DNA of 63,972 bases, filler included, from Reticulomyxa filosa (taxonomy: Eukaryota; Protista; Foraminifera), in the NCBI GenBank assembly GCA_000512085.1. It is 20 parts of 20 records of this genome, joined end to end, with 100 filler letters (N's around TTAATTAATTAA, not from the genome) between each part and the next. Parts side by side here need not be neighbours in the genome. Positions count along the whole stretch, not along the records: positions 50,626 to 52,114 come from ASPP01029180.1; positions 52,215 to 53,339 come from ASPP01019761.1; positions 53,440 to 56,504 come from ASPP01008696.1; positions 56,605 to 57,857 come from ASPP01029602.1; positions 57,958 to 59,177 come from ASPP01024926.1; positions 59,278 to 62,559 come from ASPP01005283.1; positions 62,660 to 63,972 come from ASPP01046699.1; 13 more parts are not named here. One strand, written 5' to 3'. Positions 50,626 through 63,131 of this stretch are shown in pieces. The translations under genes were made by a program, and so were the position numbers. Position 1 is the stretch's first letter; each line of letters starts with the position of its first letter. Below the pieces are notes generated by a model. It was not told where the DNA came from and did no database searches. It worked only from the letters and a program-made list of their open reading frames with translations.

Positions 50626-52114
50626 CTTCGTGATAGAATGAAGTTATGTGGAAGGTTTGGTACAATATAGAAGCTCTCTTTAAATGATTTTGCATGTTTA
50701 TTGTCAATAGTGAGGTCCAACTTTTTTTGCAAAATAATTGAACCACCGGCGTGTGCTACTACGAATGCTCTGGTGTCCTTGGTCCATAAATGTTGGAATT
50801 GATTTGCAATGTTATCATTAACCGCACATATCGATGCACCGGTGTCTGCCATTGCATGAATCGTCCCGCTTTCCTTAGTATGCAACTTGATTTCCATTGC
50901 ATCAGGCTCCTCCATCACTCTATCAATTCCAAGCATTGGTAAGATATGTTCGACGTATTGTTTCTCCATCACTTGTAATTCATTGGTATTATTTGGACAA
51001 TCACGCTGTTTGTGCCCATGTTCACAACATCCCCAACATTCATCATTCCATTGTTTTTTGTTATTGGTCTTGTGATACTTCGCAAATGCATTATCTTTGC
51101 TCGGCTGCACTCTGGTCTCATTGTGATCATGGTTTTGAGGTTGCAAGTTATTTGCCCTTTGATGTTTCAGGTAAGAAACGTTTTTGTATTTTTTATCAAC
51201 ATTTTTAACTGTAATACGATTGTACTTTTTATCCAAATAACGTTGACCTCTTGATTCATCTGTGTTTTTATCCAATCTTTTAGGTCCTTGACGTGAATAT
51301 CTCATTTGTCTGAATTTGGTTTCTTCTTCGAAGCGATCTTGAGATGTATCTAATGCAGCTTCTGTTTCTGCAAATGTGGTAGGGTTTTGATCCAATACCA
51401 GTCTCCTCACAATACCCGTCAATGAATCCAATAGAGCTTCCATTAATCGATCATCACAAGGTTCCAACCTCTTTCTTGCAGGAACATTGCACTCTATCGC
51501 GTAGTCCAATTCCAACTTCAGTGCGAATTTTGCTTGCCTCCATCGTAACATGATATCAGATGGCTCTTCTCCAAATCTTGTTTTGAAATTTAATAACGCT
51601 GCCGTCCTATCACCCACGTAATGCTTACCCCCGAATGTTTTGCACATCCATGACATCATATCATTGAAGTCATACAGATTCTGATATATCATCATCTCTT
51701 GAACTTCAGCTGACAAGCATTGTGACAAGACGTACCTGAAACAGAAACAATCTGTCAATTGATAAGTATTTTTCCAGGCCAGAAATTGGCGTCGCCATCT
51801 TGGAAAGTTATCACGACTTCCATCGAAAATGTTTCGAAAACGATTGGATGACTCCAAAGCTAAAGTAGTCGCATTTTTGTCAAATTTATCGAGGCGCAAG
51901 TCATCGTTGACTATAATTGTCTGTCCGACGTAGGGCCTTTCGCTCAATATCGGAACTGCATAAGGTGCACTTTCTTCGATTTTTGGAACATACTTATTGT
52001 CAATGTTTTCTTGACTTTTTTGTTCCACATCTATCAGCTTTACCTTTTGTTGCAACGATTTTGCCAGCACTTCGATCTGTTTTTGTAACATCATTACTTG
52101 ATGTTTTAAAGATG
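50626..52114 (-). mobile_element. LTR retrotransposon (Ty3/gypsy-like) gag-protease ORF, open across the whole contig
   Basis: Capsid-like FDGSRDNFPRWRRQF, zinc knuckle CWGCCEHGHKQRDC (CX2CX4HX4C), aspartic protease AMADTGASIC...FYIVPNLPHNFILS. No stops or introns. Confidence 0.88.
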
Positions 52115-53439
52115 NNNNNNNNNNNNNNNNNNNNNNNNNNNNNNNNNNNNNNNNNNNNTTAATTAATTAANNNNNNNNNNNNNNNNNNNNNNNNNNNNNN
52201 NNNNNNNNNNNNNNAAAAAAAAAAGGGATATTAAAAAGAAAAAAGAAAAAGAAAAAAGAAAAAAAGAAAAAGGGATTGTAAAAAAAAAAAAGTGACATTA
52301 TAGAAAAAAATAAATAAGAAAGAAAGAAAAAGAAGATTAATAAAGGAAAAAAAATTATATTTGAGATATTGATTTTTTATTTTTATTTTTTAATTTGAAA
52401 ATTGAATATCCCGCTCGGGATGACAACATGGTTGAAGTAAGTTTTTCTGTTTGTGTGTGTTTGTTTAAAAAATGTATATTGAATATGTGGTTGAATGTTA
52501 TAGAATAAGATGTTTGGAATGCGCTCGTCTGTGAAAATATGAAAAATGCTCCGATGTGGAGAAGGATTAAAGTGGATGTGGAAGAATTGAATTCAATGGA
52601 TCAATTGTCAAGACACAACAAACGATATCGCAATTTTATACATAAGTCAATCCAGCCGATGTTTTATTGCATCCCACTTTACCACAAACGCCGACACATG
52701 GAATATGTTAGTATCTATAAATACAAATCACTCGTCGTTTGAATAAAACTTTTATATACATATATGCAATTCAATATACAGCAATTCAAATACAATGATT
52801 CGTTTTCCATGATGCTCAACAAGATTTCCCTGGGACAAACATGGACTCAAAAAAAATCAACGGACCACCAGTGATGGCAGCTACATTATCCAACCACTTC
52901 GGTCTAAAAATTGATCTGGGATGAGGATGTCAAAAAGGTTTGTAATGGAAACAGCAACTTGATATTCCGGGCCATTGTCGATGTAATTACAGTTTTATTA
53001 CGTCTGTAGCTTTGTCGAGATCGTGTTAGATATAAATCTGGAATAATAATCAAATTTACTATCGATTGTGTCACATTTGTCCAAGGAGTTTCATTTTACA
53101 TATTATCGGATATCGACAAGCTCGTGCAAGATTGAACAAATATTATAAAGTTTTAATACTTTGACCTTCAAGTCGAACAAGTGCCCACGTCATCGATATT
53201 TCATGCTTAAGAATTGAACGTTGCCTCCAAGATGAAACATCGAACAATACAAGATCAAGTTACACATGGGGAAAAAAAGGTTAATCGTCAAAGTGAATGA
53301 ACAAGCAGACTGGAGTGAATAATGGGATGCAGTCTTGCCNNNNNNNNNNNNNNNNNNNNNNNNNNNNNNNNNNNNNNNNNNNNTTAATTAATTAANNNNN
53401 NNNNNNNNNNNNNNNNNNNNNNNNNNNNNNNNNNNNNNN

Positions 53440-53479
<40 letters not shown>

Positions 53480-53481
<2 letters not shown>

Positions 53482-55017
53482 TCCCAAAAGAAGTGGCTGT
53501 GATTGGACATTTAACAACTGATGCCGTTTGGAATCATTTGCAAGATGACCTACTTGACAAATCACGTTATGTCAAATTTGTTTGAAGTACAAAAAAATAT
53601 ATGTGTACATGTGCATATATAAACATATATACATATACATATATATATATATATGTATATATTTTCCTTCTTGTACGAGCTGAGGAGAGGAAAAGGGGAG
53701 ATGGACATCCATAAAACAAAGGTGAAAGCTTAGAACGGAAGTAGCAAAGGAAAAGATCAACCCAAATCCCGGCGAGGCGAGTACAAATAACAAGCCAGGG
53801 GAGGCCAGTGTGGTCAGTCAGAGCCACTCCGAAGTCGATGGTGGTGTTGTCTCCACCGGACAGCCCAGCGCAGTGCCACGTGAGCGGCGTCGCGACACAT
53901 TCAGTGAACGCGACCGCGATCAAACGAGCACGCCGAGTTACCACAAAAGGCCCAGTGTCACGCTAACCACGAGCGATGGAAAAAACATTCTGCTTTCCAA
54001 CCAACAAAGCGTCCGTCGCTTGGTCAAGACGAACAGCAACAGCACCTCCGATATTCGACAGGACACACGCAACGCCATTGGCGATACCGAACTGGTGAGT
54101 GAGGATCACGTCAATGAGCCAACCAACAGGACGCGCGGGGCCGAAGAAGAGGAAGACGACGACCATGAGGAGGAAGACGAGGAGCAAGATGAAAAAGAAA
54201 AAGAACGAGAAAGAGAACGAGAAAGAGAAAGAGAACAAGAACGAGAACGAGAACGAGAACGAGAACGAGAACAAGAGGAACAATATAACCAAGACTTGGA
54301 AGCCGATGAAATGCCAGAAATCGATGTATTAAATGTGGTCTGTGCACGAGAGCCGGTTATTGATTACGAGCGGTCTCGGTCGGGGTCCCAATCCGAAACA
54401 AACACGGATGATATTAGTACCGCTATGCTTAGTCGAGCAGGTGACATATAAAATCACATTTTTAATATATCAAAGAATATATTATATACACATTATATAC
54501 ATATTATATATATGTATATGTATACACATATAACACGATAATAAACTCAGAGCAAAGTAATGTAACCAATATACCAAATGCATTTAGCATGCGTCGTAAT
54601 GTATCAAACAATAACTCAATCTATCCGCGATACAAGCGCTTCAGCCAGGAAATCAACGTGCATGATCGATTTCTAGGCAATCTTCGCAACTTAAATAATA
54701 ATAGTACAGAATGCATATTGAATTTGAAACGCTTGTTCTCAGACGAAAATATTAGCAAGTTTTCCAACGAAGAATTGGATGAGTGTTTATGTTTTTTGGT
54801 CACTGTTCAAAATGTCATCATCGAAGAAAAATTGCAACGAAATTGTGTTGTTTGCTACAACGCTGACAACTTTCGTCGAAAAGTTATTTTCATGCCGTGT
54901 CGACATCAGACTGTCTGTGTTCACTGTTACAAAAAAAAGAAGGTGGGCACTCGATGTCCGACCTGCGACATTCCAATTGATCACACTATTGTCCCGTTAC
55001 CTGACGATCCTCAATAA
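53480..55017 (+). CDS. Protein with RE-repeat/acidic region and C-terminal C3HC4 RING (IAP/MGRN-type), 3' part
   Basis: NCVVCYN...VIFMPCRHQTVCVHC...RCPTCDIPI. The upstream exon 53810-54441 has (RE)n. AT-repeat introns. Confidence 0.8.
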
Positions 55018-55437
55018 ATATTTTCACTTTTTCTTGAATCAGCAAAACACATTTATTACTTTTTATTATTATCATTTTGAGATTTGTTTGGGCTTTTTGT
55101 CCCCTGTATTTTTTTTTCTATTCGTTTTTGGTTGTTCATATCAACTGTAATGAATGTAGATTTTTTGTTTGTTATTGAAGAGTATAAAAGAAAACGAGGA
55201 AGAAAGTAACAAACAAAAGCTCCTGACCAATGTTCACAGGTATCCATTTCACCTGCTAAGCTTGTTTTTTTGATAAAGTCTAGTTACATATTTTTTTCCC
55301 GTTAAAACATGGCCAAAAAAAATGCCAGTCCTTAAAACAAGGTATACTTGATTTTTTTATTACTTTAGTACGCTTTTGCCTGGGGGCCCAAAAAAGTTCA
55401 CAAAAGCAGGGAAAAGCCACAGAGGCAGCAGACAAAA

Positions 55438-56468
55438 ATGTCAAGACCGCAACCAAATGTATCAGTAGTCCCTAGACAGACTGTGGTCGACGCAAGGGTT
55501 GCTCTGAATACGTTATGCTCAATGTTCGAAAAAATAGATCCGGAAGTGGTTAAAGTTGAAACGACAAACCTCTTTTTCAAAAAATAAAAAAAGCCACCAA
55601 ATATATCCCCCATTAAAAAGCAACACAAAAACAAAAGATGATATTATTGGAAACTTGCGAAGGTAACATGGAGAGAGCAGTGGAGACACTGCTTTCGATG
55701 TCAGTGAATGACACAACTTCCCGCCAATCGAATGGCGAGAGTGAGGCAAGAGAGCCGCCATCGGCGCAGGGGTCGGCAAAGACAAAAACGCAGACACATC
55801 ATATACAATCGCAGCCTCAAGTGAAGTCACAGTCAAAGGTACATGGACAAACACAGCTACAATCTCAATTCCAATCACAACCACAATCTCAACATCAGCC
55901 TCAACCTCAACCTCAACATCAGCCTCAGCCTCAATCCCAATCTCAATCAAAATCCCAATCAAAACCACAACTGTCAAGAATGGCGACATCAGAAGAAGAT
56001 CCTCTCATCGACTCACCAACACAAAAAACGAGCCGAAGACAAAACTCACTGCATGTGCATTCCTCCCTGCCCGTATTCCCGGGAACGGAGATGGAACAAC
56101 AATGGCTGATGCTTAATCTGCCCGATGACTTTTTACGACCGCCGAGCTATTTCGTTAAAAAACACTCCAAACACGTCTTGAAGGCCCCTGCTGGCCAGGT
56201 ATTCATTTCATTTGTTCGTTTTATGTTGAGTGGGGCGTGGCGCTTTTGCAAAAAGGGATCTTATTTGGACGACACAACACATATATACACACATATATGC
56301 ATATGTATAATTTTGTACATACATCGTTGTCATTCAAAACATTAGCTTATAACAGAAACGGAAAAACCAAACACAGAAAATGAAAAAGATATATTTGAAG
56401 CAGCACTAATGAACAGTGAGAATATGCACACATTTTCAGAGGAGTTTAATGGCAACAATAATTATGAC

Positions 56469-56504
<36 letters not shown>
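55438..56504 (+). CDS. CUE-domain protein (CUEDC1-like), 5' part
   Basis: ALNTLCSMFEKIDPEV..|MILLETCEGNMERAVETLLSMS, (QS/QP)n linker, LPDDFLRPP motif. Confidence 0.75.
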
Positions 56505-57418
56505 NNNNNNNNNNNNNNNNNNNNNNNNNNNNNNNNNNNNNNNNNNNNTTAATTAATTAANNNNNNNNNNNNNNNNNNNNNNNNNNNNNNNNNNNNNNNN
56601 NNNNCCGTCAAAAAGGGGCTAGTTCCATTTTTTTTATTTTTTTATTTGCCATTGTTCTTGTTGATCCACAATATCGGGCAGCGAGTAGCTAATACTTTAT
56701 CCTTTGTGCATTTATGAAGTATCCTGCACAGTGACAATGGAAATACAGCTCTAACGTTCGTAATTTCTGACTTATACTTAACATTTTTTTTTATTTTAAA
56801 TTATTGAAAAAATTATAATTTTTTTCATTGTCATCAAAAATTAGAATACAGAAGCATAAAAGTGACAATGAAATGAAAAATTTAAATGGTAAATATGGTA
56901 ATCGATTTCGATTGTCCAAATGTTTAATAAGTTAAAGTATATGATGTGTTGATACTGAAAAATCTCTTCTCTGCCGCTCTCTTGTTGAAAAAAGATTTTT
57001 TTTTGTGCTGTTGTATTGTTAAAAAAATAGCTTCAGTCATGAGTTTGGATATCAAACGGATGATTGTCCCTATTTGAATTCGTCCTTTGATGATCCTTTT
57101 TCAAGGATTGTTCGCAGTGGACAAACAGTTTTTCCAAGACTGCAACACAAGCCTAATTCATATAGTTTTTCTGTTTGATGCTGTTATGATGGCTACGAAG
57201 CGCTAACTGGGAAAAAAGCTTAAAAACGTATAGCCAAAAAAAAAGGGGAAGGGACAAGTGTTTGTAAACTTTTTTTGGATCCGATGGGTTAGCCGTTTTG
57301 GCAAGTAAGTAAAAAATTTTCGAAAATTCTTATTGGCCAGTAAAAAAAAATTAGCTACATTCCAATCATATTTCATGATTTTTGGTGTAATTATCTAACA
57401 GGATTGGATTAATGTAGC

Positions 57419-57450
57419 CACGGCGTAGCTTAAAGGAAAAGCCCGCCATA
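57419..57450 (+). tRNA. tRNA-like 5' half (acceptor strand, D-arm, 5' anticodon stem)
   Basis: CACGGCG-TA-GCTT-AAAGGAA-AAGC-C-CGCCA: T8, A14, G18G19 and a perfect 4-bp D-stem. No matching 3' half on this strand. Confidence 0.4.
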
Positions 57451-57626
57451 AGTGTATGGTTTTGTGGCCAACCATTCCTAGGGTAGGCTCGTTGAGTTTA
57501 CTCGGTGGTGATATCTCAAAAGGGTCTCTATGTTGGCTTATACCGAGGTGATGCGTCAAAGATGTGTAAGTCGCGTAGTCTTACAAATCTTTGCCATCGA
57601 TATGAGCACACATAAAATTTTATTTA

Positions 57627-57666
57627 AAACGACGACAGGACTCGAACCTGCATCTCCTCCATTTTC
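57627..57666 (-). tRNA. tRNA-like 3' half (putative GAA anticodon, variable loop, T-arm, acceptor strand)
   Basis: Minus strand GAAAA-TGGAG-GAGAT-GCAGG-TTCGAGT-CCTGT-CGTCGTT-T, with a canonical T-arm/B-box. Confidence 0.5.
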
Positions 57667-57957
57667 TAAAGGGTTGGACATAAGCAACATATGAAAGATA
57701 TTGCTATCCATAATATAAAATCTATTTTAACTTTATTTTTAACAAAAAAAAGCTGGAGGGATACTTTATCATTGTGGTGCTATGCTCATTTTGTTAAAAA
57801 AGATATTATTATGCAAAATGTGGAGTCTAAAAACAAGTTAGTCAATGGAAAAAGTGCNNNNNNNNNNNNNNNNNNNNNNNNNNNNNNNNNNNNNNNNNNN
57901 NTTAATTAATTAANNNNNNNNNNNNNNNNNNNNNNNNNNNNNNNNNNNNNNNNNNNN

Positions 57958-59177
57958 TTATGTCCTGTCATCCAGAAAACAATGTCAAAGATTGGAGTCA
58001 ACCTGTTAAGACGCGACAAGAAAGTTATTGAACAGAAAGAACAGAGATTGGTCGAGAAAAGCAAAAGAATCACAATTTTGCAGAAGGAGAGCGTGCACAA
58101 GATAAATACAAATGCATCAACATGCCTCCCCCATCAGAAAAGAAAAGCAATAAAAATGAGGAGCAAAGATTCCTAATCAGTATCATTCCCAACAAGACGA
58201 AATCACTCAAATGAGGAAAGAGCTCCAGAATATGTACAGTCAATTCTAGGGAGAAACAAGAAGGGCACGCATTCTGTGTTCTAAAAGAAAATGTCATTGT
58301 TAGTCATTTGAAAAAGAAGTGACTGAAGCAAGGAAAGTAACAGAGCACATTGTGATCGGAGGAGATTGGAATGCTCACAATCCTGCCTGGTTAGATGGAT
58401 TTTATTGTGAGCAATAATCTGCACATTCTGAATTACTTTTGGCATGTTCATTTTAGCTGCACGCATGATCGTGATAGGGTTGATAACATCCCGATCCAAC
58501 TATATCTTTTTTCTTTGTCTGTAATGACTCCAACTGTATCTCTCATCGCTCGTGAAAATGGAAGTCCACATATTGGACTTTGAATCACTTGAGTTATATC
58601 GTTGATGTATAGCAAGAATGAAATCCCGGCAAGAGATGATGTTCATTTAGAAATCACATTAATCTCATTGCGATAATCCTTTCCAACAGCCTTCCAGAGC
58701 ATCTGATTGTGTAAATCACTTTGGTTCCGATTGTGGCTTTTCCAACATCCTACAACGCACTCTGTCCATTGTTCGACATGTACGGTCATTGGAGAGATAT
58801 TGTGGCAGTAATTGTCGCCATCCCGCAAATACTTCCCATTTTTCACTTTCGATTCTCTGCTTTTCGACCTTGGATAACGATCAGTCTGCTCTCATGTTGA
58901 ATGAGATTGGAAGATGATCGGAGTGAACATCTAGCTCATTTTTCCGTTCAATAACTTAACAGATTGACTCCAATCTTTGACATTGTTTTCTGGATGACAG
59001 GACATAAAATGGAGTCGCTCGCATGATTGCTTCTTCTCTTTGCATTTCTTTTGTGATAGCAATCATCGGAACCGTGATTCGTTTGTCCACAAAACTTGAA
59101 CTTTCTTTTCTTGACACAATCTTTGGCGAAATTATTGAGTCCAAAGCAATTCTTGCACTGATGGAAGTGTGATCTTG
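57958..59177. mobile_element. Two oppositely oriented, heavily deleted copies of the LINE family (+ about 57958-58440; - about 58550-59177)
   Basis: Plus strand: APE motif IVIGGDWNAHNPAWLD. Minus strand: RSHFHQCKNCFG..FAKDC..FCGQTNHGSDDC knuckles and RT pieces GRLLERIIAMRLM and YINDITQ. 57958-58009 is nearly identical to the reverse complement of 58955-59006. Confidence 0.85.
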
Positions 59178-59277
59178 NNNNNNNNNNNNNNNNNNNNNNN
59201 NNNNNNNNNNNNNNNNNNNNNTTAATTAATTAANNNNNNNNNNNNNNNNNNNNNNNNNNNNNNNNNNNNNNNNNNNN

Positions 59278-59315
<38 letters not shown>

Positions 59316-60790
59316 TGTCGTATTTGTATTCGTATTTGTATTCGTAGTTGTGGTCGTAGGTGCATTCATGCTGGCAGCGGTGTTTGCATTTGCACTAGAA
59401 TGCGAATAAGAGTACGGATAAAAGCAATAAGGGTAAGTGGTGTAAGGGTATGAATACGGACACGAGTATGGATAAGTATAATAAGGATACGAGTAATTGT
59501 ATGAGTTTGGATACCCATTATTCTTGTCGTTTGTCGTTCTAGGATTGCCCACACTTGTTGCTGTTGTTGTTGTTGTTGTTGTTGCTGTTGTTACTGCAGT
59601 TGCAGTTCCCTCATTGGCAATGTATCCTCCACCTCGAGGACTGGAATGGACATGTCCATAGTGATGGCTGGGGTCATACGATGGCCAAGGGTACACCATT
59701 CCATCACTGCGTTCATTGTCCTTTCCATTGCCATTGCTGTTGCCATGGCCGTGACTATGACTATGACTATGACTGTGATTGTGACTATTGTTGCCTTTCG
59801 AATGACTGCTTCCATTCATGTGCTTTTGGGACCTTGCCATTGTAACTCATTGCCGGATGTCTTGGTTGTGGTGTTGTCAATCGTTTTTCCGGCGGTTTTT
59901 TTTCTTCGTTTCCTTTTTTTTTTTTTTTGAAAAATAACTCTCTTGTGTATGTACAGAGCATCCATTATTTTTTTTTTTTTTTTAAAAAAACATAGAGAAA
60001 TAACCATTAGCAAGTGTGACATCACTGGCAGTGGACAAGACATCTCCCATTGGATCAACATAAGACAACGGAGCAAGTGGATTGACTTTGAGCCTATTTT
60101 CTGCCAACACATGTCGTTCCCCCCCCCCCCCCATACACACATAACCACTACATTACATGTATACACACATATATATAAAATAATGTATGTATACATATAT
60201 AGTCTTTAATCTATTTACAAATAAGTGCTTAAAAAAAAAGACCCGAGCATGCGAAAGTAGGGTGAAGTGAGTTGTCACGGTTCGTAGAACAGAGATGAAG
60301 AGAGGATGTGGTGTGATGGCAATAGTCCGTGGGCGAGGCAATCCGATAGGGGAAATTGGATGACGATGAAGTAGAAGCAGATGTAGAAACAGCAGCAACA
60401 GCAGCAGAAGAAGAAGAAGAAGAAGAAGAAGAAGAAGAAGAAGATGTCTTTGTTGGATATGATTCACGTACATTTGAAGTGGCCTTGCTCTTTGACTTTT
60501 CGTCGCTGACATGATCCGAAGGAGATGATGACGATGATGTCGGATGAGCTTTTTTGAAATGCATTGCGCAGCTATCATTGCCGCTTGCAGTCAAACAATG
60601 GGTCCCACAACTGTGATGATCCTGTCCATTGACATCACGGTTCGTGTTCTTCCAATGGTGTGGCAAATGATGCGTCCGATGACACGAATGTGCACAATGG
60701 TAACAGTGACCCGGATACGCTGCATTTTTCCCTACTCCGTCATTTCGATTATGCTTTGCTTGTGGCGTGGTTACACATCTTGCTGCGTCT
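59278..60790 (-). CDS. Low-complexity His/Ser/Thr/Tyr-Pro-rich protein (multi-exon, unidentified)
   Basis: Open exons with (HS)n, polyS, polyT and YPY repeats, separated by A/T-tract introns. Start not resolved. Confidence 0.5.
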
Positions 60791-61290
60791 GATATCGAAA
60801 ATATGTCATTTTTTTTTGCTTGTTTGTTTGTTTACATGACTTTTTTTTTCTTCCCTCCCCCCCCTCTCCTCTTCTTCGTTTGAAACAACTGCCGTTGTTG
60901 CAACCTCGTTTCTATCAAAATTACAAAAAACAAAATAAGTGCCCATATGGAACAAACAAAACCTGAAGAAGCCAAAACAAAGGGATCACGAGACTTACAA
61001 TGAGAAAATGAGCAATGCATTCCTCATTCTAGTGAATTTTAATGACAATTACCTTCCCATTTTTTTTCCTTTTTTTTTTGTTTTTTTTTCCCTCTCACTT
61101 TCCAGCAACGATTAAAAAAAAAAAAGAAACTCTTTGGAAGTGTAAAAGAAAATTATAAAAACTGTAAATTTTTCAAAGTGTTGTTATAAACTATCGGTAA
61201 TACGTTTTGCAAAGAAGGCAGGGCTTGTTTTGTTCCTTCTCTCCTTTCCCTCTCTTTTTTTCCCTTCTCCCTTTCGCTGATTGCATTGCA

Positions 61291-61951
61291 ATGACATCTC
61301 CCGAAGTATCAAGGGGGTCTTCTCAGCTGTTTCGATACTGCAGCCAATCCAACAAACATGCGGATGAGGCCAGCACCATTAATCAGCTTCGAGAGCTAAT
61401 AGAAGAAGTGGGACTGGAAAACCTGGACATAAACTATGAAAACTCGAGAGGAGAGTACGCATTGAAATTCATCGTGAAGTATCAAAAAAACCAAGTGTTG
61501 AAATATCTATTGTCCACATTTAGTTCGCCAGAGACAGAAAAGGTTGCCCGCCTATTAACCTGCACAAAATCGACAACCCAAATCTGAAGTTCAACATAGT
61601 GCACTACATAGTGCACTTTAGTGACGCAGCTCCATCCAATCAACAAGCTGCCGCAGAGACATTGTCAATAATTTTTCAACGTGAATACACCAAGTGGCTG
61701 CACGAGCCGTGGTCTTTGTTGTATCAAAGGAGCACATACCAGCGGACCCCGTCGGAGGAAGCCAAGGCTTTAAAAAGGAATATTTATTCGAAAAGCTGCA
61801 AGAGCTGCGTGAATACCATATCTATGAATTGCTATTCGATCAAGGGCAATTCCCTTTTGAAATTGCTTCTCTTATCATTGAGTTCGCTGATGTTGTCAAT
61901 TTCTTGGACGTTTGGGACAAAACTTTTTTTTATCGTTTTGTCGGTTTGTAA
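61291..61951 (+). CDS. Ankyrin-like small protein (splicing or frameshift unresolved)
   Basis: LDINYENSRGEYALKFIVKYQKNQVLKYLL resembles an ankyrin repeat, and the C-terminus has FPFEIASLIIEF. The pieces lie in different frames. Confidence 0.35.
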
Positions 61952-62659
61952 ACTTTTTTTAAACATCTTTTTTTTTTTGTATACAAATTGTTTTGATCTA
62001 TAATCTTTTTCATTATCATTACTTTGCAACGCACTGTTTTCAAATAGCATTTCTTCCTCTTTTAAAGTGATATCGTTTGCAATTCTCACGATCTTAATAT
62101 GCTTTTTTTTAAAAAAATAAATTAAAGGCGGGGTTTCTTAAGCTGCTTTCGTCCAAGTGAAAAACAGATGACAAAAAATTTTGAAACTATTCAACAGCAC
62201 TTTTCACTTACCTTTGAAGAGTTCATCCATGATAAGTTTCAATGAATTGGCAGAGGAACATTAAGATCCATAAAGCTGCGAATGATTTTTGGAAGGCCCT
62301 GGTTTAGCAAGAAATGTTTGCGAGAGCTAGTCAAATAGTTGAACATCCGCAGCCGGAGATGTTTTTATCTGGCTTTTGACTTAAGTGTGTGCTATTTTCC
62401 CAACAACAGCTTAAAAGAAATTCACAATTGAACCAAACAAACCAAACACAAAGAATATCCTTCAGCCGAACATGTATATCCCCATAAACAAATATAACCA
62501 GTTTCCGATCCACAGTATCCAACAAAAAAAAAAGTTATTAAAAAACCAATATCATATTTNNNNNNNNNNNNNNNNNNNNNNNNNNNNNNNNNNNNNNNNN
62601 NNNTTAATTAATTAANNNNNNNNNNNNNNNNNNNNNNNNNNNNNNNNNNNNNNNNNNNN

Positions 62660-63131
62660 TTTTAAATTTGCGTAAATACATAAATTTCATTCCAGCTGCT
62701 TTACCAATGTTATCCAATTCATCTTCTGTTTTGCTCAAAAACATTTTTGGATTAGTATAACCCGCTTTAATCAGTGCATCTTTGAACTGGACAATATTGC
62801 AATCTTCACAGAATTTCTTTTACAGCAATACATGTCCAGAAGAGTGAGTTTTTTTAAAAAATGGAGCCAATGAGAAAAAAATAAATAGAATCAATTTAAA
62901 GATTGAAAGATATTAAACCTGCATGTCATCCACAACGGGTACCTCAGTTGCAAAAACAGCTGCTTTTAGTTTGTTTATCTCTTCTTCGGATAAAAATAGC
63001 GTGTCACAGATTTCTTGGAAACATTCCTTTAAATTTTCCTTGTTTTCAATCCCTCCTTCGATAATTGTCGCGGCATGTTTTCCAAAGCCATTTTGTTCCA
63101 ACCAATCTTTAAAATCATTTATTGTTGCCAT
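62660..63131 (-). CDS. Tandem SAM-like domain protein, 5' part
   Basis: FKDWLEQNGFGKHAATIIEGGI...EEEINKLKAAV, an intron, then FCEDCNIVQFKDALIKAGY....FLSKTEDELDNI. Truncated at the linker. Confidence 0.55.

Noticed and set aside
52428-53339. Exon-like fragments of a possible gene
   Set aside because: Frames are broken and no family could be recognised with confidence.
57432-57447. GGAAAAGCCCG as RNase P/MRP conserved region I
   Set aside because: There is no convincing CR-V partner to form P4, and the same bases fit a tRNA D-arm better.
2485-62659. Regularly recurring TTAATTAATTAA flanked by Ns as a biological repeat or CRISPR-like array
   Set aside because: It is a fixed 100-nt scaffolding linker with six-frame stops. 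ORFs ending in X...LIN or X...N are artefacts of it.
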